Positions 36,419 through 47,324 of a DNA stretch of 64,000 nt are shown here, piece by piece (position 1 is the stretch's first letter; every line of letters starts with the position of its first letter). The stretch comes from Neoechinorhynchus agilis (taxonomy: Eukaryota > Animalia > Acanthocephala). Made by a program: the position numbers and the translations under genes. The notes under the pieces were generated by a model. That model searched no databases and was not told the DNA's origin. It saw only the letters and a program-made list of their open reading frames with translations. Location: NCBI GenBank assembly GCA_051530055.1, contig CM121343.1, forward strand, positions 2,326,389 through 2,390,388, written 5' to 3'.

Positions 36419-37177
36419 TTTGTCAAAATGGTTCGATGAACCAATGGCCGTTCAGCGTTCAATGTCTCCATTGTGAACTGATTGACTGTCGACTCCTACC
36501 AAACATTTTGTGTTCAAAAATCCCCTATTTGATCCATTTTTGGCTAATGCTCACCTTTTGTGCAATCGCCATGCTTGCCCAAAGTTATTCCCAAAAAGAT
36601 ATCTAAGATACTTAAACAAAGAAAATTTTTGCTGATTGTTGATAATTGTGCCACACACCCTCATTTAGACAATTTAAGAAATATACATCCGGAATTTCTT
36701 CCTCCTAACATCACATGCTTAGTGCAACCAATGGACATGGGTGTAATCAAAAATTTGAAGACTTTCTATCGTGGAAAATTGGTTAATTTCATATTAGAAT
36801 CCATTGATGAAAACCTATTAACAAGTTCCACAACAGCCAGAGAGATTAGTTCCCAAATTAACCTTTTGCAAGCAATACAGTTTGTCGCTGACAGTTGGCG
36901 AGCTATAAAAGCCACCACTATACAGAACTGTTTTGCTAATTGCGGCTTTAAACCTTTGGATATTTCAGAAATTTTTAACAATGAAGAAAATGAGGAAATG
37001 TTATTAGTTCCTGTTATTAACTCTCAAGAATTTTTAGCTATAGATAAAACAAATTATTTGAATCTCTTAAGAATCACTTTGTCAAAATGGTTCCATGAAC
37101 CAATGGCCGTTCAGCGCTCAATGTCTCCATTGTGAACTGATTAACTGTCGACCCCTACCAAACATTTTATGTTCAAA
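36419..37177 (+). mobile_element. pogo/Tigger DDE transposase fragment between 100-bp direct repeats
   Basis: FLLIVDNCATHP...FLPPNITCLVQPMDMGVIKNLKTFYR. Repeats at 36419-36518 and 37078-37177 (about 5 mismatches). Confidence 0.85.
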
Positions 37178-39015
37178 TTATTACATCAAATCTTTAAAAT
37201 TGTCAAAATAAAGTATTGATTTCTGTGGTAAGTACGCTATTGATTGTGCTGGCGTAAATGTGCATAAAAAAAGTGTGTTGAGCACACAGAGAGTTTTTGA
37301 AATAAGAAAAGATCGCTGTTTGGTTCATCAACCATGTCAACAATTTCCTTCTTAATTAAGCGCGGATATCTACTTAATTAAAGTGAGATATTCAAATCCA
37401 AATTTTCTTAAAAGCATTTACTTACATCTCAAGTTTAGAAAGCCGAAATGCTCGATTTTCTCGAAATCATTCATAAAAAGAGCACAACGACAACCATTTC
37501 CAAATCACGAATTACGTTGCGCGTCCGATTCGACGTTGAGCGAAAACGTGAAAAAACGAAAGAAACGCACTTTTAATTTTTTTACGTCGTTCGAGTTACG
37601 TCCATAATCAAAGTGTTGATTTCTTTACTAACGATTTGGGAGGATAATTAGCGAAGAAATGGCTAAAAGTGTTAAATATAATAAAAAAATTGAAAAAGCA
37701 GTCCAGGGAAGATGCATTCGATGAACAAATCATCGAATATTTACAAAGCTACTTTAAAACAAACATTTTTTCCATGCCTTGTTCAGTTCTACAGAACTCG
37801 CTTCCGAATTAGAGAAACACTCGCATCATTCCTGTGGACGATAATCCACACTGAACAAATCCTAAAATTTAAGCCATCCAATCGTAATCCATAGAATTTA
37901 GGACTTCACATCATCTAACGTTTGATTTTTAGCCAAGTCACAAACAGTAAATTTGCAATTCTCTTTGGTTCGTGGGTATTTCATTCTTCAATTGAATGGA
38001 ACGACAAGCAATCACCAACAGTGAATTCCTATCTAAAGACCTTAAACTAAATTTTTGCTCTGGACGAAGTTAAACAGCGTGTTTTAAAAACTCCTTGGAT
38101 CCAGGAATCATTCGCTAAACTAAAAGATCCTGTATCTGAGATTGATTTAAGGCACGAAATCGATTTTGATTGGATCTGTCTTTGAGAAAAGCACTACTCA
38201 TAAGAAGATATTTTCGTATAAGGTTTAAAATTCCAACGCACTTTATTACTGATTTTTAATCTTAGGATTGGATTTTGTGGATAAATTTATGTGTATAGTC
38301 CAGATTCGTTAAGGTATACTAAACCGCTTTTAATTTGAAACTTTATTTTCAGTTAAAATAAAACAAAACAAACACAATGCCGTATTTACATTCTTGAGCG
38401 ATTTTAGTTTATTGCAACTAAGAATTGTTTAAATCCAAGCTAAACGGACATTGATAATTGTGAGCATTTAGCGGGCTAAAAAGCCCAATTATAATTGTCA
38501 AAGCATTTTTAGTGTTGGAATAAAACATAAAGTTAAATCCTAAACTGAATTTTCAAATTCACTTAGATTAATTATTGTATAAATGTATTGCAATTATGTT
38601 TTGTTGATAATTAATCTTTTACTTCGATAATTTTATTAAAATTCACCGGTTACACACACAACAACAAAACGTTTCAACAATCACCACCGTCCACGAAGAA
38701 GAGGCATCGCTCTCCCATCCCGAGACCAATGTTTTGGCGCAGGAAGGCACCAGCTCTTGTATTTCCTGTCTTGGCCTGGAGTCTACTCGATAATTCCTTC
38801 GTAAATCTAAGTGCCGAGCTACCGGGCGCACCAAGAGTCTTCACTCCAAAGGGTACAAAAACGTGAGACCTACTTAATTCTTTATATTTTCCCGCCTTGC
38901 GGTCCACCTCGGCAGTGGACTGACATTTGCCTTCTCGCCACGGGAATACGGTGACGCCATCCGGACGACCACCATCAAGCCTGCACAGGTTGCTTTGCTC
39001 TAAAATGCTTGGGAC
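37175..39015. repeat. Composite repeat copy 3 (duplicate of 16695-18599) including the CRE 3' end at 38630-39015 (-)
   Basis: Near-identical to 16695-18599, with two small deletions at ~38915-38925 relative to that copy. Confidence 0.9.
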
Positions 39016-41286
39016 TGAACACTTTTTTGTTAAAATTCCTTCAAAATACGATTTCTACCTTTTTAAAATTTAATTATTTGTAAATCAGAGAATCCCAAGT
39101 TACATGAGGATCTAGAACTTTGTCAAAGCACTTTCCCGTTTCGGAAATATTCTTAAACTTCCATTTGGTCATGAAACTTTGTCGAAATCTACTGAAAAGA
39201 TAGCAATAAGAAAGCGTCATTGCTAATGTTAGCAAGTTCTAAAACTAGATTTGTAAAATTAGCCAAATATTCGATTTAGTAAATGCTGTTGATATTACGT
39301 TTAAAATTTTCGCATATTGTAATAGCAATTCAAAAGTTGTACCATTGTATTTTTAATTATTTTCACTCATTCCTCGGATTTAACATGCTAATCAAAACGG
39401 TCGATTTTATTATTATACAAGTCATGAGCCAACGTCATCCGATTAGAATAGAACGAATTGCAATTTCTGGATTTGCGGGATTTACCAATGGAATTTAATG
39501 CGAATTTTTGGGTGCTGTTGAGTAGGCGGAGTTTAACTACCGGATATATTTGGTCACTTGGAAAATCGAAGTTCCTGATCATGTTCGTAATTGTTACTGC
39601 TTTCTAAATGCGATATAATCATCGATTTGAATACGTGTGCATCTAGAAATATTAAACACGTCCGTCAACTAAAAGGTTCACCAAATATGTACAAATGCAT
39701 AATCTATATTTTATCCTTTCGCCGTTGCTTCAAATGTAAATACAGAGCGTAGGGATTTACAAACTATTGAATTATTCGATAAATACAAGTTTAGTAAATT
39801 TCCTGGTTTAATGGCCATTGCAAAATAATAATCCTGAGCAGAGAAACCTATGAGACCAATGCCCATTCAAACGTCCAAAGGAGATATTATCTAGTTGGCG
39901 TGTTCCGAGATTATTTGATTGGATAAACGGTCAAATGGTATATGCAGCACACCTTTAAATGCTGGAACGGTTACAAATGCTACTCTTGATAGATAAGGTG
40001 AATGGAGTTTGAGAATCAAAATACCGTCGGTCATATCATTGACTCGCAAGTGGTTATCGGAATTTATCTCCACAAATTCGCTCCGTGAACACTTCAATTA
40101 GTCATTTAAGTTCCACGAATAGTTGAAATATGATCGAACACTGCTATGCTTTAATATTATTTGATTTTTTAAACCGTTGTTAATTAAACTATAAATTATA
40201 CCATGGTCTGTAAAATTATTAAGAGGAACCAATAGATGAAGTGTTTGAAAGATTGTTCCAAAGTTGTTGTTCATTTTTGTAATATTCGAAAAAATGTATA
40301 AAATTTTAGAGTGCAATTTACAACGATAAGTTGATTTTTGAAATCGCGAGGGGGTTCTAAAACTTCGAGTTGACTGGAATCGGGAAATTTGTAGCCTTAA
40401 GCTTTTTGTCAATTAAAGATTGTCGTTAAGTCAATGTAACAACTCAGGCGACTATTATCTTGAGATCGCAATATACTATTAAGACACCAAAAGGTTTGTT
40501 AAATTCTAAGATTTACCTGTAAACATGACCATACTGCATAGTTTTTCAGTGCAATGAAATCGATATCAAAGATTAATATCATGTGCGTCGTGAAGCCAAT
40601 ATAGATTTTGTTTTTCAGAAGATAAGGTTTTTAATTACATTTCATCAAGAGACCAGCAATTCATAAGTTAGTCGTATGCCATTCTATTGCATGAGTGAGC
40701 GAAGAAATGTTAGTTTAGACTCGGTCTTTTATCCACCGCGTACTTAATGAATCTCTTGTGCGTTTTGACAGAGTTAGGAGACTTCGATTTTTCTTCAGTC
40801 ACATTGTTGTGTTCCATTTCACAAAGCTGATATAAAGCATCCAGTTTTATGATATAGTGGAACCCAGTCTGTTTTGTGTTTAAATGAACTCCAAATGCAG
40901 TCTTTTTTATGGATGTATAAGCTACGCGTTTGCGCCTTGTTACATTCCGTCGACTTTGGCCACATAGTAATCCCCTCAACTAAATTAAGATACGCACGAT
41001 TTGAAACTTCTAAAAGCATTGGAATCGCAGCAAAATTTCAACGACGGTGTAAGTGTGTATGTTGTAATCAATTATTCACACGCACTTTGAGCCATAACCC
41101 ACATACATAGAGAACTTTAATCGTCTTGAGGAATACTAGATCAAGGCTCTCTTTTGTTGGCGAAGGTAACGTCCAGCAGCGTGGTGGTGGTGGCAGTGTA
41201 AAATGAATTCCGCGGGGGTACTCGGGGGAAAGCGACATATATAATCATTTACATCTTTTACTTCTTCCATCAAGGAAATAACGGCG

Positions 41287-43021
41287 ATGGTCAATGAAAT
41301 AGCCGTCGTGAGTGCGTTCGTATGTTGTGGTGTTCTGGGAAATATTGTGAGTTTGACGGTGTCCCTCCGGGACCTACTTTACCGCATGCATCGAAGTGAA
41401 CGAAGAATCCATAACCTCTACGTCAGCTTATTATCCTGTATGGACATCAGCGTCATTTTGTATTGGTTTATCGATAATGCTCTTGTAAGCTTCAGGCCGA
41501 CTTGGGTTTATTTAAAGTTCTGGAGAAAAGTGGTACTAAGAGACGTAATCATTGGCCTATTAAGACTGTTAGTTGAACTTAGGGCATGGATGCTGATGAT
41601 GTTCTCTATGCAGCGGTGTCGTAGCCTTCCAGTATCAACAAATAAAACTGGAAATATAGCCACTGCAAGGCATAATCCATCACATGTTATTTCAAATGCA
41701 GTAACAATGGGTGCTCTGCAGACAGTGGGATTATCCTCCGCTAACTCAATCCTTGCAAATTCCGCACCAGCAGCGGCAGGAGGAGGAGCATGCAGCAACT
41801 GGGTGGCCAACGGTGGCGGCGTGGGATCATCCCGACCAGGTGGAACACACTTCCAAAAAGCGTCCAAGCCATCCGTCATCCCTGGTCAAGCTGGTACCTC
41901 ATTCCATTCGATAAAGTCGAACATCGTGGTTTTAATCGCCTTCGCCGGTGTCCTTGGGCTTAAAAATTCATACGCCCTTACCTATTCAAACACATTCCAT
42001 CTCTTACCTAAAATGATCACGATTCAGAGATGGTCTGTGAAAAAGCACTGGACAGTCTCAATATCCTAGTTGCGAAAAATGAAACCACAATCAAGTATGT
42101 GGCGGAAATGCCCACCTATTTAGCAATTAGTTATCCATGTATGCCAGAATCGAACGTATTCGATCAAGCAGCCCTTCAACAACTGTGCTGCAATTTTACC
42201 GAAATACCGGGAATTCTGTTCCCCATTGTGATAATCATGGCAACAAACGTCCGTATAATCTACGCACTCTTAAAACGTAGAAGTGTTTATGTTAGTGGCT
42301 TCTTATCGGTCTTTGTGATATCTTAATGAAACAAAATTAGCCACTAATTTACACAACCCGGAGACGTTTGAGGATAAACATTCAGCGGGCTTACACCATC
42401 CTTTGTCTTGGAATTGTGTTTTGCTTTACGTACTCACCAAGATGTTTTGTGTACATATTCGCTCCCAAATTGTCCGATTTGACAAGGCGTGTTGCGCTCA
42501 GATATTTCGAGTATCCAATGCACATCAATCACTGCTGCTTATTTTATGTTTGTTTAATAACTGATAAGAATTTCCGATTCGATGCTTGCAGACGACTATT
42601 ATGCTTCTATTGCTTTAAGCATGAAAATGACGATATTAAGAATCTTAATTCTGGTCACTACAAACCACATAGAGCTTTAAACCGAAACGTAAGAGTTAGA
42701 AGAGGTACGACTGCGTTTGGTACTTCTTTAAGAATTCGCAACACGTTTGCTGCTGTTCCATCTAACGTTTCAACCAGTTTGAATCCTCCTAAAAATAGCC
42801 AATCAGCTAATAATGACGATTCAAGTGGTGGATTATATCCACCTCAAACTGAAACACCGCTCTCAAAACAACGACAGAGCGCAACAAACATTCATCAGCA
42901 AGCGACCGTTAATTCATTTGACAGTGAGAATTTTGATTGGTCGGTAACCACCGACACAGAGTACGGAACACAATGCTTCCGAAAAACGTCATTGGATGAA
43001 TTTTTGCTGCAATCATTTTAA
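41287..43021 (+). CDS. Rhodopsin-class (peptide-receptor-like) GPCR, ~553 aa; join(41287..42032,42056..42290,42341..43021)
   Basis: Seven hydrophobic segments: GVLGNIVSL (TM1 GN), LSCMDI (TM2 D), FSMQRC (DRY position), TM4, FPIVII (TM5 P), CFTYSP (TM6 P), HINHCCLFYV (TM7). Introns of 23 and 50 nt restore the frame (1662 nt). Confidence 0.8.
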
Positions 43022-43789
43022 ATAAAAAATGTGTACATATTTCGCGCAAATTTCGACTTTATTTCTCACAACAACGATAAAGACTTTTAGTATGCAATGT
43101 CTTACAAATAAAGATAACGACTCGGTTAGGTCATAGCAAAGTTGCAAAGAAACGGTTCCGATGAAATAAAATTCTTATGATAAATTGTGGTCGACAAATG
43201 CATGTGCACGAAGAGTTTTCGGATGTGAAGAGTGCGGACGATCAATATGCTGTCTTAATCTTTTTCGTTGGAATTTTTATAGAACAGTTTTCATAAATTG
43301 AGCATTCGAACGTGTAACATCGGGTTTGAGAAAAGTGTGGGCAACGGGGCTTTAAACAAGGCGAGAATTTCTAATTTTTAAAACCAATGATTGCTATAAA
43401 AGTGGGCTTCTTGATGGCACAAAAATGCCTTGTTCTCGGAACGCGAGTCGCATTGCTTAGGACACCTTAGGAGTACGAATAAGCCAAAAGGGTGATCAAA
43501 TACACTAAAAATGATTAAAGTTAGTACTAATGGTTCCGTTATTGCATCCTTCTGCAATTAAAGTTATTTGTGTACAAAATTAGAATACTCCATGGTGCAT
43601 AAGAACAATTATAGATTAAGTATTTATATCCGTCGATATTTAAGATCGTATTTTTTTCGTAAGAACTCATTTTCATTAGAGATGCGAAAAAAGTTGTGAA
43701 ACAACCATTTTAAAAAGGTGCTTTTAGTCATTTTAAGCGCCATTCGGAAACGTGTGCCTATTGTCAATTAGTGATTCTCGGACCAGAAA

Positions 43790-45000
43790 TCATTCAAACC
43801 GCCGCTCTGGATCACTCAGCTGCCGTGCTGGTGCAACGGTCGAAAGTACGGATGCAGCGTTCCCCCTGTTGCACAGCCGGACTTATGTTTTGTAGGAGGA
43901 ATGCTCCAGATCTCCGATCGCCAGTGATTCGTCTAAATCTCTTAGATAATTGCTTGACCAGGTCCTGCGCCGCGGTACCAAACGACCCGAGCGTCTCGAC
44001 GCCAAAGGGAACAAAATAATGATTTCGACTCAGGTCCATGTATTTTGTCCTTTTGCGTTCCTCAGCGGCGGTCGCTGCTCCCCTGGTTTAATAATGGCGA
44101 ATTTTATGTTACTGGTTGCGAATGGGGTCGCTGTTAAGCGACGCAAAGTAATTCCAATTGCAATGGGACAAATCCCACCTTCCTTTTTTGCGAGGGCACA
44201 CAAAGATGCTCCGAAAAATAGTGAATTGCTTTCGGAATCAACTCTCCTCCTGCAAATTGGTCGACCAAGCGTGCCAATGCATCTTCAAAGGACTGGGTAG
44301 CGTCACCTACTGAAAAGGAAGTCATATCTTTTAGGTGTTGGGCCGGAGCCCGTCAAGTCCGTGAGCTGATCCGTTAGCAAGAGAGGAGATTGCCATCTTC
44401 AATTCTGATATCGATGATAAAACATAAGGGATCGTATCGAAGGAGGAGGATTTCACGAAATAGTGCGACTGCCGTCACTCGGATGCTTGGAACGAAGAGT
44501 TCGTAAACTTTCTTCGTGGTCGTTGGCGAGACTGTCCATTGATGATAAAAGGCGAACTGCTTCTCCGACATCTTCGTCTGCGAACTTCGAAGAAACCCGA
44601 ACAGCAAGCGACCGATTTCATTTTCTGCAGTGGTCAGGCTCCTCGATAAACTCCCGACGTAGCTCGCATGTCGTCGAAAGGCACTGAGTAAAATTTTGGT
44701 CAAAAGAACTTATTCGCTCTTTTATTTTTGTGGTCAGACATCCTACATAAACCTCACCAGTGGAAAACACTAGTCTAGGGAACGCTAAGAGACGCATCAA
44801 CGACAACTTTGAGTAAGTCTCGATGCAGTCTGTCAATAGAGAGGAGAATTTCTTTGCAGCCGGATATCGCGCGCCCTTTGGGATTCTTTTAAGAACGATA
44901 ATGGACAGAACTCGCACCATATTCCCTACAAATGGAATTTCATTTCGTACTGGTGATGTCGTGATACGATTTTGGCGCAAACCATCAATGGACTTAGGGG
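43790..45000 (-). mobile_element. CRE-clade element with a large internal deletion (RT N-terminus joined to RLE end)
   Basis: KRIPKGARYPAA, PDGLRAQHLKD, FFGASLCALAKKEGGICPIAIGITLRR, then HYFVPFGVETLG...FLLQNISPAVQQG. Confidence 0.8.
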
Positions 45001-45167
45001 GTGAACCGGAACAGCTGCATCGTGAATTACGGGGCCCACGGACCAAAAGAACTGTTCTCGTAAGGGAAAAATCCTTGGCTCGTTTTGGGCGGGTAAGTTT
45101 CCGTCTTCATATTGTGGTTTAGCATTCTACGGCGCTTCCGATTACCCAACATAAGTCCATCGAATGA

Positions 45168-45345
45168 GTGCGCCAAAATCCAATCACGACACCACCGGTA
45201 CAAAATGAAGTTCCATTTGTAGGGAATACTGTGCGAGTACAGCCCGCGAACGTTCTGAAAAGAATCAAAAATAAAGCGCGATATCAGGCCGCAAAGAGAT
45301 TCATCTCTGTATCGACAAATTGCATCGAGAATAACGCGTCTCTTT
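45168..45345 (+). repeat. Diverged inverted copy of the CRE N-terminal segment at ~44820-44990
   Basis: RQNPITTPPVQNEVPFVGNTVRV...KRIKNKARYQAAKRF (+) versus RQNRITTSPVRNEIPFVGNMVRV...KRIPKGARYPAAKKF (-). Confidence 0.8.
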
Positions 45346-45354
45346 TCCTAAGCG

Positions 45355-46870
45355 AGGGGACGGCATCAGTGTTGTCGGTGGTTGTGGCATCGGTGTCATC
45401 GGTGGTGGTAGCGTCGGTGTCTTTGCCGTCGGTGGTTGTGGCATCCGTGTCGTCGGTTATGGTGGCATCGGTGATGTAAGCGGTTGCGGCATCCTTGTCG
45501 TCGTTCATGACGGCTTCATTGTCGTTGGAGATGATATCAATGTCGTCAGTGGTAACGGCATTGGGGTATTTGGTGGTGGTGGCATCGGTGTCGTGGGTGG
45601 TGGTTGTGGGATCAAGATCATCGGTAGTGCCATCGGTGCCGTCGGTTTCGTTGGTGGTGGCACCGGTGTCGTCGGTGGCGGTGGCATCAGGGTCGTTGGT
45701 GGTGGCGGTATGGGTGTCGTTGATGGCGGTGGTATCAGTGTTGTGGGTTGTGGTAGCATCGGTATCGTGGGGGGTTGTGACATCGGTATCGTTATTGGAG
45801 GCATCGGTGACGTTGGAAGTGGTATCGGTTTCGTTGGTGGCAGTGATATCGGTGTCGTCGTTTTGTGGTGGCATCGAGGTCACGGGTTGTGGTAACACCG
45901 GTATCGTTCGTGGCGATGACATTGATGCCGTCGGCGGTGATGGCATCGGTGTCGTGGGTTGTGGTAGCATCTGTGTCGTCGATGGTGGTGGCATCGGTGT
46001 CGTCGTTTATGGTGGCAATGGTGCCGTCAGTGGTTGTGGCATCGAGGTGGTCGGTGGTGGCCTGGCGTCGTCGATGGAGGTGGTACCGGCGACGTCGGTG
46101 GTTGCGACATCGGTGTCGTCGGTGGTGGAGGAATCGGTGTTGTGGGTTGTGGTACCATTGGTGTCGTCGGCATCGGTGTCGTCGGTGGTTGTGGCATCGG
46201 TCTCGTTGATGGAGGCATCGGAATCATTGGAGGTGGTATCAGTTTCGCTGGTGGTGGCGTCGGTTTCGTGGGTTGTTGTCGCGGCATCGGTGTCCTTGTT
46301 GGTGGTGGTGTCGGTTTTGTCGGTGGTGGTGACATCGGTGTCGTGGGTGGCTGTGGCATGATTGTCGTCGGCGGTTGTGGCATCGGGGTCGTTGGTAGTG
46401 ATGGCATCGGTGTCGTTCGTGGTGGTGGTGGCGTCGGTGCCGTGGGTTGCGGTGACATATGTGTCGTTGGTGGTAGTGGAATCGGTGTCGTGGGTTGTGG
46501 TGGCATCGGTGTCATGTTGTGACATCGGTATCGTTGGTGGAGGCATCGGTCTCGTTGGAGGCAGTATCGGCTTCGTTGGTAGTGGTGGCATCGGTCTCGT
46601 TGGAGGTGGTATCGGTTTCGTTGGTGGTGGTGGCATCGTGGACGTTGTTGGTGATCACATGGGTGTCGTCGGAGGTGGTGACATCAGTGTCGTGGGTTGC
46701 GGTGGCATCTGTGTCGCTGGTGGTAGTGGAATCGGTGTCATGGGTTGTGGTGGCACCGGTGTCGTCGGTGGAAGAGGCATCTGAGTCGTCGGTGGCGGTA
46801 TAGGTGCCGTTGTTGGCGGTGGCATCGCTGTCGTCGGTGGTGGAGGCATCGGTGTCTTGGCTTGTGGTGG
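45355..46870 (-). repeat. Triplet-periodic minisatellite (ggtggcatcggtgtcgtc..) encoding Thr/Asp-rich mucin-like repeats on the minus strand
   Basis: TTTDDTDA / TTHDTDA / NETDTTSN repeats over ~500 codons, with few frame breaks. Confidence 0.85.
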
Positions 46871-47324
46871 CCTAAGAAAGTTTTATTGCACATACACTCA
46901 TACACACAACACGCGCCTTCAAACATCATCACCCCCTGCCCTTTCTGTTTGGGAATGATGTTTGAGGCTCGAGAGAGATGGTCTCATCTCACACTTGAGT
47001 AGGTGCAGGATTGATCCACACCTCTGCGTGCATAGTCGGCATATGCACGAATCGCACGGGCTGTGGAATCGGATCTGGTTTGTGCACAACTTGTCGTGGT
47101 CGCCATGCACAGAGGCACGGATGACTAACGAGCGATTCTTTTGACCGGCTAACCTCCAGTTCGACTGCAGCCTCGCCGGAGTGAGCTCGAGGTCATCCGT
47201 TCGTGAAACTGATCTGGGACTCGCGGTACCGCAAGACGTCCGATCGCTTCAGGTTGCCTCCTTTCCTGAACTTGATTGCGACAGTTTTCCCTCCGTTCAC
47301 CGTCAACCGGTTTTTCTCACAGTA

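Noticed and set aside
39880-41020. Short minus-strand ORFs possibly forming a spliced host gene
   Set aside because: No recognisable domain, and no consistent splice model could be built by eye.
45355-46870. Telomere-like or G-quadruplex array
   Set aside because: The units are GGT/GGC-based and degenerate, there is no TTAGGG/TTAGG-type repeat, and G-runs are mostly only two long.
45284-46932. Many Pro-rich, Gly/Val-rich and Val/Ser-rich ORFs on both strands
   Set aside because: They are alternative frames of one low-complexity triplet repeat.
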